From positions 662,699 to 726,698 of the forward strand of contig CP064998.1 of NCBI GenBank assembly GCA_016700035.1: DNA of 64,000 nucleotides. Reading direction: 5' to 3'. Below, in pieces: positions 9,891 to 18,370 of the stretch. This DNA comes from a bacterium (lineage in GTDB: Bacteria > Patescibacteriota > Saccharimonadia > CAILAD01 > GCA-016700035). Under the pieces are notes generated by a model. It worked only from the letters and a program-made list of their open reading frames with translations, was not told the origin of the DNA and did not search any database. The stretch's first letter is position 1; each line of letters opens with the position of its first letter. The position numbers were made by a program, and so were the translations under genes.

Positions 9891-10190
9891 CTACACGCAG
9901 TAGCCGTTGTCGACCAAGTCCTGCACACGACAGAACTGGGCCGGAATGGAGTCGGTCGGCAGACCAAGCTCCGCATCGAAGCTACGGATGACGTAGCGCT
10001 CGACCGGATTGGGGTACATGCCCTCAGGCAGACTCCAATCACTGGCATCCAGCGCCACGAACCCCTCAACGGGGATCCTGACGTGGAGCATGAGGAGATC
10101 CGTGTGGACCCCGAGAATGCGGACGAAGCCACGATCCTCTTCCTCGCCACCCACCTCTTCGTGGGTGAGGACGTAGATCTTGTCGGACAT
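9891..10190 (-). CDS. hypothetical acidic protein (99 aa), high GC
   Basis: third codon positions almost all C/G in this frame. Confidence 0.5.
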   Translation of the reverse strand: MSDKIYVLTHEEVGGEEEDRGFVRILGVHTDLLMLHVRIPVEGFVALDASDWSLPEGMYPNPVERYVIRSFDAELGLPTDSIPAQFCRVQDLVDNGYCV

Positions 10191-10343
10191 GATCTGCCTT
10201 TCGGCTCAGGGAATCGACTTACTCGATTCACATCTATTTGAAGGTGCTGGGATTGGTCCCAGCCACAATATTCGAAACTTCATTCAAATACTATGGTTGG
10301 GACCCTCCTAAAGCCCCCAAAGGAACTCTAGGAGGGGTGGGGA

Positions 10344-10700
10344 TCAGTCCGAAGACTTGTCCTCACCACCGAGATCCTCGCAGCGCGCGGGAATCTTGAT
10401 GCTCGAGCCGGGCTCGATCTGGCTCTCCTTGGAGAGTCCGTTGCGAGCCAGGATCAGGCGACCCCACTCGGAACGGTAGTCTCCTTCGCCCATGAAGGCG
10501 GTCAAGGAGCTGGCGTACCAGTCGGGGTAGGTGGCATCGATGACGTCACCCAGCATGGGGTCGTAGTCACCGGTGGTGAACTCGTCGACCTGCGCCGAGT
10601 AGTCACACGGGAAGTCGGCAGTCATGTTGGCTGCGTTGCCGCAGCCCGCGAGAGCCACGAAGATGGTCAGGGACAGGGCGATCACGAGGATCTTGCGCAT
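10344..10700 (-). CDS. lipoprotein with C-terminal LysM-like segment, high GC
   Basis: signal peptide plus lipobox LAGC; C-terminal GRLILARNGLSKESQIEPGSSIKIP resembles the LysM C-terminal half. Confidence 0.55.
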   Translation of the reverse strand: MRKILVIALSLTIFVALAGCGNAANMTADFPCDYSAQVDEFTTGDYDPMLGDVIDATYPDWYASSLTAFMGEGDYRSEWGRLILARNGLSKESQIEPGSSIKIPARCEDLGGEDKSSD

Positions 10701-11819
10701 TTTGTATCACCTCACGACGATCCAGGCTGCGTTGGCCCGCGGGGAGACTCCCCACCAAAACTCACGAATATCATGAACTTTGGTGAGCCCCAGAACCCGA
10801 AGGTTCTGGGGAGTGCAGCACATAGGCTGCGAGATTGCCGGGGCGCTATTACCCCACAGTGCGGTCGCAAGCGGTTAAGGCCGAAGCCTAACAAAACCAC
10901 AAGCGGCACACCCGGCACAGCGACTTCCATCTTTTTTGAGAGAGGAAGGTAATGAAAGTCGCGCGAGCTTGACGTCGTCCTGTCATGGAATTGAGCTCTT
11001 TCACCGAGCTCAACCAAAGGGGAGGACAACGTCACATTATAACCGTTGGGGTCCCCTTTTCTGCCTTTGTTAACTACCCACCTCTCTCGAGGTCACCCTT
11101 TTGGGTGTCGCCGTTACTCGACGCAGGCGCAGTTTTACCAATTTTATCTCCCAGAAGCCCAGATTAGGGTTCAGCCAATCTCACTCGAGGACGCTGGTGC
11201 GTAGCTCTCGCTTCAAAAGGCCCCCGCATTACTATGCGGGTCAACGGTTAGCGAATTTGCTAGGTGGAGACGCCTCCACATAGCAGGACACCTACTCACT
11301 CCCCAAGAAGAGGCAGGTTTTCAATGCCCTTGTAATCTGGAAGCTTTATACTCCCGGCGCGAGGCCATATTTTGGCACCGCGCTGGAAGTATAAACTCCC
11401 AGGTTTTAAAGAACTAAAAACTGATGTGTGTTGGTTTAAAAAGGTCAAAACAATACGCACATACGCTCATGTGGCATAACAGCCAGCGTGGGATTGTCGG
11501 GGTTTTTAAAGCAGTTTCGTCCTTACAGGACTCATCAGCTGGAGTACACACTCCAGGACTGCCCCCACTAAAAGCAGCTGTACTGCCTTTTGATGGGGTG
11601 TGAGCTGCGCCAAGCGCTTACAAAGCCACATCTCACTGGCTCGATTTTTATGACTTTCTTGTCAGAGTTTAGTGACGGCCGGTTCTCTCCAGCCCCAAGG
11701 AGCTTCCCCCTGGAATTACGGGCCTTTTACGAGTGCCATACTCGGGTTATGCTTTTCGGATTCTTTTTCCCTCCAATAAGCTTCTGTTGCCAGGCGCTAC
11801 CACACGCCCCGCAGAACCG

Positions 11820-12020
11820 CTACTCGCGATCCCACAGCTCCCAATCGCCCGGGTGGGTCTGGTCGAGCTCATCGCAGAGCTCGATGTAGGTATGACCTGT
11901 GACGATCAACACCTCCCCGGTCGAGATCACCTCGACCAGCCAGTCACTCCGATCAAGCTCTGCGATCCGGCCAGCAGCCGGAGGACGCGGAGCACAGCGA
12001 CGGGTGTAACCTCCTGCCAT
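11820..12020 (-). CDS. small hypothetical protein (66 aa), high GC
   Basis: perfect Shine-Dalgarno AAGGAGGTG 5 nt before ATG; strong C/G third-position bias; second gene of a 2-gene operon. Confidence 0.45.
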   Translation of the reverse strand: MAGGYTRRCAPRPPAAGRIAELDRSDWLVEVISTGEVLIVTGHTYIELCDELDQTHPGDWELWDRE

Positions 12021-12068
12021 TTCACCTCCTTTCAAGGTGTCGTTGGAATGGAATGGAGTTTGCTCGGG

Positions 12069-12404
12069 CTACAAGTAGCCCGGCACTTCGAACTCCGAGT
12101 TGGTTGACTCCTCGCTTGCCACACACAGGTGGCCATCGAGGTGGCCGGCTTGAAAACCGACCTTGTAGCCGAGAATCAGCATGGCCAAGCCACGGTGGTC
12201 TTCGGGCATGTCGAACTCCTCGAGGTCACTGTAGACCATCGCGGCGACCGACACCAGATGGTGCTTGATGATCGCCTCGAGACTCTCACCATCGAGGTCT
12301 TCAGCCACGAGGATCATGCCGAGCATCTGCTCGACCGCATCATCGCTGAAGAGGTTTTCGAAATCGAGATGGTTGGTGGTGGTGCTCATAGGCCTGAACC
12401 GCAT
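12069..12404 (-). CDS. acidic hypothetical protein (about 106-111 aa), high GC
   Basis: ORF with GC3 bias; candidate promoter TTGACA-17-TAAACT about 70 nt upstream on the minus strand. Confidence 0.5.
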   Translation of the reverse strand: MRFRPMSTTTNHLDFENLFSDDAVEQMLGMILVAEDLDGESLEAIIKHHLVSVAAMVYSDLEEFDMPEDHRGLAMLILGYKVGFQAGHLDGHLCVASEESTNSEFEVPGYL

Positions 12405-12605
12405 GAGAGGAATAAGAGCGATCCAAAACTATGAGCACCAGGTATAAAATAAAGGTTCTGTTAAAAAATCTATGAAGAATTTATAACTAAAGCTGAGTTT
12501 AGCAGAAAATATATTTTTTGTCAATACTATTTGTCATTTTTTATATATTTTATACATTTTTTAGCTTTTTACCCTAAAATTTACTTTATTTTTTTGTAAA
12601 TATAT

Positions 12606-12630
12606 ATAGAAAAAGACCCACATTGGGTCT
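12606..12630 (-). terminator. rho-independent terminator (minus strand) ending the candidate ncRNA
   Basis: minus strand reads agacccaatgtgggtct followed by TTTTTC. Confidence 0.6.
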
Positions 12631-13030
12631 TACTTAAATTTGCTTATGGTAGATGTTTTGGGGCGACCCCACGTACTGCGGGGTCGCCCCTTCGCTCGTT
12701 TTGACTTTTAACTGTTTTGCTCCTCGCCACACTCCGAATCATTACGTCATCGGACTCTGGTTTTTAGAGCAAGCACCCCCGTTTTGCCGAGCAGGCTTTT
12801 GGGATGCAATCATTCGCAACTATAGACGAGACGCAGGTCGGGCACAGGTTGCAAATGATTTTCGGCGTTTAGCCACAGAGGGTGATTTCAGGTAAACTCA
12901 CCCATAGCTTCCCCTTTCGGGTCGTGTTGCGCCCGCTAATAGCAGACAGATGACAGAGTAACATCCTCCACACCTAAGTTCCAGCACCACAGAGAGATAA
13001 TCTCCGCTAGCCTTCACTAGCAACGCTTGC
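12631..13030 (-). ncRNA. candidate novel ncRNA of about 420 nt with no ORF; family unknown
   Basis: Bounded by a perfect consensus promoter (13031-13059) and a canonical terminator (12606-12630). Internal perfect 11-bp GC hairpin at 12660-12690. No minus-strand ORF with an RBS. Confidence 0.5.
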
Positions 13031-13059
13031 ATTATACTTAGATTCTAATTATTTGTCAA
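13031..13059 (-). promoter_or_regulatory. consensus sigma70 promoter TTGACA-17-TATAAT driving the ncRNA candidate
   Basis: minus strand reads TTGACAaataattagaatctaagTATAAT, immediately downstream of the trmB-like stop. Confidence 0.65.
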
Positions 13060-13072
13060 TGTTTATCAACAT

Positions 13073-13831
13073 TTATTTCTGATGCTTATTCCAGGCCAGC
13101 TCAAAAAGCTGTCGCAATACCGACACCAACTCACGACCCTCAATCACAATCCCCACCGGCTGATCTCCGGAATAGGTGACAATACTAGCTCGATCTTCAT
13201 AGAGGTTAAGATCAGCTTTTACATCTTCTGATAAACGAATAGTTTCTCTTAGAGATTCTGGATCACTCTTTAGCTCTCTCGACCCAGAGTAAAAACCTTT
13301 TCCAGTAATCTGCTTCCTTTTTCGCTTCAGTGCGTTTGATTCCGTATGATCAGGAGCGATTTTATCTAGTTCATCTAGATTTGTCATGCCATACACGACT
13401 TCATTAGGCTTAGCTTTGCGCTTAAGATATGAGCTAAGCGCCAGAATTGCCTCTGGCCCCTTAAAGAACCGTACTACCGGGGCATCATCAGCAATTTCCG
13501 ATCGATTTACTTCATTAAGCTCTTTCATCACACCCTTGAGCTGACTTTTACGAGAGTCAATTTCTTTCTCCATCACTCCAAGGTAACGATCAATCGCCTC
13601 GGGTGGTTCAGCTACGAATACGGCCTTTTTACCTTCAGTAGCCTCGGAAACTAGTCCAATATCGGCAAGTTCAGCCAAAATAACATAAGTAGTCGCACGA
13701 TTTACTTCAGCTTGTTCGGCAATACGCTGAACAGCTGCCGGCCCCAAGAAGAGAGCTGCAACATACACTTTAGCCTGCTTTTCAGTTAGGCCAACGGCTT
13801 CAAGTTTTTTGGCAAGATTTGCGATTTGCAT
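13073..13831 (-). CDS. TrmB-family transcriptional regulator
   Basis: N-terminal winged HTH LTEKQAKVYVAALFLGPAAVQRIAEQAEVNRATTYVILAELADIGLV typical of TrmB-like regulators. Confidence 0.65.
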   Translation of the reverse strand: MQIANLAKKLEAVGLTEKQAKVYVAALFLGPAAVQRIAEQAEVNRATTYVILAELADIGLVSEATEGKKAVFVAEPPEAIDRYLGVMEKEIDSRKSQLKGVMKELNEVNRSEIADDAPVVRFFKGPEAILALSSYLKRKAKPNEVVYGMTNLDELDKIAPDHTESNALKRKRKQITGKGFYSGSRELKSDPESLRETIRLSEDVKADLNLYEDRASIVTYSGDQPVGIVIEGRELVSVLRQLFELAWNKHQK

Positions 13832-13837
13832 AAACTT

Positions 13838-13866
13838 ATTATACTTACGTTGTCAATTTTTGTCAA
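13838..13866 (-). promoter_or_regulatory. sigma70 promoter TTGACA-17-TATAAT for the TrmB-like gene
   Basis: minus strand reads TTGACAaaaattgacaacgtaagTATAAT. The core closely resembles the ncRNA promoter. Confidence 0.55.
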
Positions 13867-13898
13867 CATTTTGAAGAAATGCTTAATTAAAAATACCC

Positions 13899-13931
13899 GC
13901 GTGCTCTCTCCTGGGGGAGGAAAGCACGCGG
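13899..13931 (-). terminator. rho-independent terminator of the high-GC membrane protein gene
   Basis: minus strand reads cccgcgtgctttcctcccccaggagagagcacgcggg followed by TATTTTT. Confidence 0.55.
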
Positions 13932-13973
13932 GCGGGTTACCGACCCTGTCAAGGGTCAGCAACAGAAGGTGGC

Positions 13974-14498
13974 TCAGTCGCCGGCGACAGACTGTTGCGC
14001 CTCTTCGGTGAGCTGCCGGATCTCCGTGGAGACTCGGCTGGACTTGATGGCGCCAGGCTCGTCGGCCTTGGCTGGAACGGCGAGGAATTCACCATCAACC
14101 AGGGATGTGCCAGTGGTACCCGTCAGGAGGCGTGACAGACGCACCCATTCAGTCTGGTACCGGGCGAGCTCGAGAGATTTGGCCTCATCCGAGAGACTGT
14201 CCTCTCGTACTCGTGCTTCAATGAGTGTGTTCGGGAACACCGCCAGTGCGGCGCTCTCAAGACTGTCGCCCTCCCGCGCCTGCAGGATGATGGCGTGGTC
14301 GTAGACCTTGCCGATGTCCTCGGCAGTGTTAACCGTCGGGGAATCGGCCTGAATCAGCATAAAGATAGCAAGGATCACAAAGACTCCTGCAACCACACCG
14401 CTGATCCACCAGACTCGGTGGCCCTTGCTACCTTCATCGAGTGGGCGAAGCGTAGTGCTCTGGCGCTCGGTCTTGCGAGACTCTTCGGTTATGGGCAT
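13974..14498 (-). CDS. membrane-anchored hypothetical protein, high GC
   Basis: single TM helix WWISGVVAGVFVILAIFMLI; strong SD AGGAGG; promoter TTGACA-17-TATAAA at 14550-14578. Confidence 0.55.
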   Translation of the reverse strand: MPITEESRKTERQSTTLRPLDEGSKGHRVWWISGVVAGVFVILAIFMLIQADSPTVNTAEDIGKVYDHAIILQAREGDSLESAALAVFPNTLIEARVREDSLSDEAKSLELARYQTEWVRLSRLLTGTTGTSLVDGEFLAVPAKADEPGAIKSSRVSTEIRQLTEEAQQSVAGD

Positions 14499-14598
14499 AG
14501 CTGACCTCCTAATGGGTCGTCAGATACTGCATGGTGCAATAACCCGCTATTTATAGCAAAAAGCTAGTTTTTTGTCAAGGAGATTTAACATCCACCCC

Positions 14599-17028
14599 TT
14601 AATGAGCGGTTACAAAGTTGACTAACCTATCCGGCACCACAATAACTTTGATGACCTGCAAGCCATGCGTCCAGTTATGCTCGGCATCTAGACCACGCGC
14701 CTGATCCTCTATAGCACCAGGTAACTTACCTGCCTCCATCACAAACTCACCGCGCAACTTGCCATTTACCTGCACTGCAATTGTTACTAATTCATCACGA
14801 GTTTTAGCTTCATCAAAAGTAGGCCAAGCTTCCAGATGTACACTTTCCTCTTCACCCAACTCCTGCCATAATTCTTCGGCCAAAAATGGCGCAAAGGGCG
14901 CCAAAAGGCGGACGAATGTTTGCACATGCTCACGCCAAAGCTCAACCGAAACATCGCTCGCTCGCTGAACCTTAGTGAGTAGGGTGATGTACTCCATCAT
15001 CGAGGCAATGGCAGTATTAAATCGAGTACTCTCTAGATCCTCAGTAATTTTTTTGACCAGCTTATGTAGGGACGTATCGAGTGCTGTCTCACTCGTGGCG
15101 TCAATAACATTGGGTTCATATTGAGCCGAAATTGTGCCATAAACTTTCTGCAAAAAGCGGTATGTCCCCTCAAACCGTTGCGGATCCCACGGCCCACCAT
15201 CTTCCCACGGCCCCATAAACATCAGGTACAGACGCACCGCATCAGCGCCGTATTTTTCGACATACTGCATCGGGTCTATCACATTACCTTTAGATTTGCT
15301 CATCTTATTACCATCCGGACCGAGAATCATACCCTGATTAATTAGCTTGGTAAACGGCTCCTGAAAATCTATTAAGCCAGCATCATACAAAAACTTAGCG
15401 ATAAAGCGCGCGTACAGCAAGTGCAGAATAGCATGCTCCACCCCACCCATGTAGCGATCGACTGGCAACCAGGTCTTAACTGCTTCTGGATCGAATGCAC
15501 CATCTTGATACTGTGTATTTGGATAGCGTAAGAAGTACCAGCTTGAATCAACAAAAGTATCCATCGTGTCGGTTTCGCGACGAGCATTGGTATTGCCACA
15601 CTTGGGGCAAGTGGCCTTCACGTAATCTGGATGAGTGTGTAGAGGCGAGCGACCAGACTTATCAAACTCCTGCCCCAACGGCAAGACAACCGGGAGCTGA
15701 TCTTCAGGAACTGGTACCACGCCACATTCTTCGCAGTAAATAATCGGAATCGGAGCGCCCCAATAGCGCTGACGTGAGATTAGCCAGTCACGCAAACGGT
15801 AATTAGTTGTGGCCTTTCCAAAACCCCCCTTATGAAGCCACTCCACAATCTTTTTCTTAGCTTCTGGGCTTTTGAGGCCATCAAACTGGCCCGAATTTTG
15901 CATCACACCATCACCGGCGTAAGGCTCGGATGCCTTATCTTGATTGGTAATTACCTCGATAATCTGCAAATTATACTTCTTAGCAAAAGCATGGTCACGC
16001 TCATCATGAGCCGGGACCGCCATGATAGCCCCAGTGCCATAGCCCATTAAGACATAATCTGCCACCCAAACTGGAATTTTTTCGGCATTAGCCGGATTAA
16101 CCACATAGCCACCGGTAAAGACACCAGTCTTTTCCTTGGCCTCCATACGGTCAACATCGGTGCGAGTACCGGCCCATTGTTGGTATTTTTCAACTTCGGA
16201 GCGCTGTTCTTCAGTTATTAGGTCTGCCACCAATGGATGTTCTGGCGCCACCACCATAAAAGTTGATCCAAAAATTGTATCTGGTCGAGTAGTAAATACC
16301 TCCAGCGTACCATCTGCACCATAGACCTTAAATTCTAGATGCGCACCAGCACTACGACCAATCCAGTTACGTTGCTGTTGGCAGACTCGCTCTGGCCAAT
16401 CTAATTCATCCAAATCTTCTAGAAGTCTATCGGCGTAGTCGGTAATAGTAAGATACCACTGCTTTAAATTCTTACGCTCCACTTTTGTACCGCAACGCTC
16501 ACATTCACCATGTACAACTTGCTCATTAGCAAGCACGGTCTGGCAGCTCGGACACCAATTCACCACCCCATCTCGACGAACAGCCTTGCCGGCGTGATAA
16601 AGCTTCAAGAAAAGCCACTGCGTCCACTTATAATAATCGGGCTTAGAAGTATTAATGATACGATCCAAGTCATACATTCCACCCAAAATCTTGTATTGAT
16701 CATGAAAGCTAGCGGTATTTTTATCGGTCCACTCGTCGGCAGGAATACCGTTTTTAATAGCTGCATTCTCAGCTGGCAAGCCAAAAGCATCGTAACCCAA
16801 GGGTTGCAATACATCTTTACCGCGCATCCGCTCAAACCGGCCCAACGTATCGGCCGGTGCAAAATTATACCAGTGCCCAACATGCAAATTGCCCGACGGG
16901 TATGGAAACATCACCAGATTATAAAATGGTGATTTTGGGTCCTTGGACGTTTTGTATATGCCAGACTTTTCCCACACTGCTCGCCATTTAGCCTCAGTGG
17001 CTCGTGGATCATAGCTTGCCTTACTCAT
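14599..17028 (-). CDS. leuS: leucyl-tRNA synthetase
   Basis: HVGHWYNF HIGH motif, KMSKS present, CP1 editing domain, 809 aa. Confidence 0.95.
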   Translation of the reverse strand: MSKASYDPRATEAKWRAVWEKSGIYKTSKDPKSPFYNLVMFPYPSGNLHVGHWYNFAPADTLGRFERMRGKDVLQPLGYDAFGLPAENAAIKNGIPADEWTDKNTASFHDQYKILGGMYDLDRIINTSKPDYYKWTQWLFLKLYHAGKAVRRDGVVNWCPSCQTVLANEQVVHGECERCGTKVERKNLKQWYLTITDYADRLLEDLDELDWPERVCQQQRNWIGRSAGAHLEFKVYGADGTLEVFTTRPDTIFGSTFMVVAPEHPLVADLITEEQRSEVEKYQQWAGTRTDVDRMEAKEKTGVFTGGYVVNPANAEKIPVWVADYVLMGYGTGAIMAVPAHDERDHAFAKKYNLQIIEVITNQDKASEPYAGDGVMQNSGQFDGLKSPEAKKKIVEWLHKGGFGKATTNYRLRDWLISRQRYWGAPIPIIYCEECGVVPVPEDQLPVVLPLGQEFDKSGRSPLHTHPDYVKATCPKCGNTNARRETDTMDTFVDSSWYFLRYPNTQYQDGAFDPEAVKTWLPVDRYMGGVEHAILHLLYARFIAKFLYDAGLIDFQEPFTKLINQGMILGPDGNKMSKSKGNVIDPMQYVEKYGADAVRLYLMFMGPWEDGGPWDPQRFEGTYRFLQKVYGTISAQYEPNVIDATSETALDTSLHKLVKKITEDLESTRFNTAIASMMEYITLLTKVQRASDVSVELWREHVQTFVRLLAPFAPFLAEELWQELGEEESVHLEAWPTFDEAKTRDELVTIAVQVNGKLRGEFVMEAGKLPGAIEDQARGLDAEHNWTHGLQVIKVIVVPDRLVNFVTAH

Positions 17029-17067
17029 GGGCGCAATTATACCTGATTATCAGGAGTAAATCGAGGC

Positions 17068-17742
17068 TTACACGGTGTTTGGCTTTTGGGCTTCCACATA
17101 GAAAGTATGCCAATGTTTAGCCACGCCATCGTGGGTTTTACCATCCTCCTCTTCTTCACGAACCTGAATACTATCAAAATCAGTCAGTAATTTTTCTATA
17201 TCTTCCCTGCTATGAAAGTTCATCTTCTTATAGGCGCGTGAACCGTCAGCCAAAGTTTTTCGAGCCCAGTCGTCACGATTGCCAATCAAAATAACCGATA
17301 GTTTCCCACCCGGCTTTAGAGATTCTCTAAGTACCACCCATAAACGGGCAAAATCTTCGGGTGGAGTGAATTGCAGGCTCAAATAGGCGACAGCTAGATC
17401 TATCGACTCGTGTTCTAGGTGAGCCGCAAGTTCTTCGTTCGCAACTTTTAGAAACTCCAGGCGCTCAACATCATGCCCAAAATCGTTCACATCCAGCTGT
17501 AAAGATGCTGCTGCGTTTTCCGCACCATCTGTTATGTCGGTTGCAATTACATGTCCAAAACCAGCGTCTAACAGTGCTTTGGTCTCTATCATGTTACCGG
17601 TGCCAATCTCCAACGCAGTTTTGCCCTCAAACGACTCCCCATCCTGTCGCATCGCATCCAAAAGCTGCATCAGTTCTGGTCGCGGAGCCCTTCCTTGGTG
17701 ATGTTCATAGTATTCTCCCCATTGTGTATTGCGCTCTACCAT
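17068..17742 (-). CDS. class I SAM-dependent methyltransferase
   Basis: motif I LEIGTGNMIETKALLDAGFGHVIATDI. Confidence 0.7.
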   Translation of the reverse strand: MVERNTQWGEYYEHHQGRAPRPELMQLLDAMRQDGESFEGKTALEIGTGNMIETKALLDAGFGHVIATDITDGAENAAASLQLDVNDFGHDVERLEFLKVANEELAAHLEHESIDLAVAYLSLQFTPPEDFARLWVVLRESLKPGGKLSVILIGNRDDWARKTLADGSRAYKKMNFHSREDIEKLLTDFDSIQVREEEEDGKTHDGVAKHWHTFYVEAQKPNTV

Positions 17743-17749
17743 AGAACAT

Positions 17750-18370
17750 CTAGGCGTGGTAACTAAAAATTGCCCAAAAATTTGCGTACTCTACCAAATA
17801 ATGATCAGGTACAGTAGTCGGCCCCGATCTTTGCACGGGGTCATGCACAAAAAATACCCTATCTTGCGCGCGATAGCCAGAAATCACCACTTGATGATTT
17901 TCTTTATTATCAGAAAAGCCCGACTTTACACTCACAATTACCGGGTTACCTAACTCTAAGGAATCGTGCAATGACAACAAGAATTTATCCGCCAGCGAAC
18001 GACGGTCCGACTCCATATTAATCTGATAATTGACAGCTGTCATTTGTGCAGAGTCATACCCTTCGTTATCTTCAAAAAATGTCGAGTCTTGTGATGGAGC
18101 AGTCCAATTTCGGCGCCAAGCCACTAGCCCGTAGCTAGTCAGTACCCTTACTTGGCCGGGATGCCACCAGTCATTATGACTATTAATCGCCCCATAACTC
18201 TCAGCTCGCCGAAAAATCTCAGACGCCATCACATGGTGACCAAGCTGGGATTCAATAATCATCTCTAAACAAGCCAACCCACAACGCTGACGAGGTTCCA
18301 TAAGCTGCACGTGTAGAAGTTCAGGATTTTCTTGCCAACTATGATGAATATTTATTTTTGTGTCGTTCAT
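17750..18370 (-). CDS. papain-like cysteine peptidase domain protein (C39-like)
   Basis: QRCGLACLEMII matches the Q..CG.AC catalytic Cys motif of peptidase C39-like domains; His in HQVVISGY. Confidence 0.5.
   Translation of the reverse strand: MNDTKINIHHSWQENPELLHVQLMEPRQRCGLACLEMIIESQLGHHVMASEIFRRAESYGAINSHNDWWHPGQVRVLTSYGLVAWRRNWTAPSQDSTFFEDNEGYDSAQMTAVNYQINMESDRRSLADKFLLSLHDSLELGNPVIVSVKSGFSDNKENHQVVISGYRAQDRVFFVHDPVQRSGPTTVPDHYLVEYANFWAIFSYHA

Noticed and set aside
9729-10241. 170-aa plus-strand ORF, and also the 9349-9618 minus ORF
   Set aside because: They overlap the tmRNA gene and its terminator; no RBS or codon bias. They are artefacts of GC-rich structured RNA sequence.
10712-11035. 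107-aa minus-strand ORF and other 60-124 aa ORFs within 10700-12107
   Set aside because: No RBS, mixed third-position composition, and extensive overlap with hairpin-rich sequence; judged non-coding.
10700-11820. Group II intron or CRISPR array in the ORF-free GC-rich kilobase
   Set aside because: No domain V consensus (GAGC...GUACGG...) on either strand. No regularly spaced direct repeats.
12653-12895. 80-aa plus-strand ORF inside the ncRNA candidate
   Set aside because: It begins inside a perfect 11-bp GC hairpin, has no RBS, and is antisense to the transcription unit defined by the promoter-terminator pair.
12690-13030. RNase P RNA hypothesis for the ncRNA candidate (GGGUGA...UCACCC hairpin loosely resembles P10-P12)
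   Set aside because: Neither strand contains the universally conserved P4 strands (GGAAAGUCCGG / ACAGAACCCGGCUUA). The call is left as ncRNA of unknown family.
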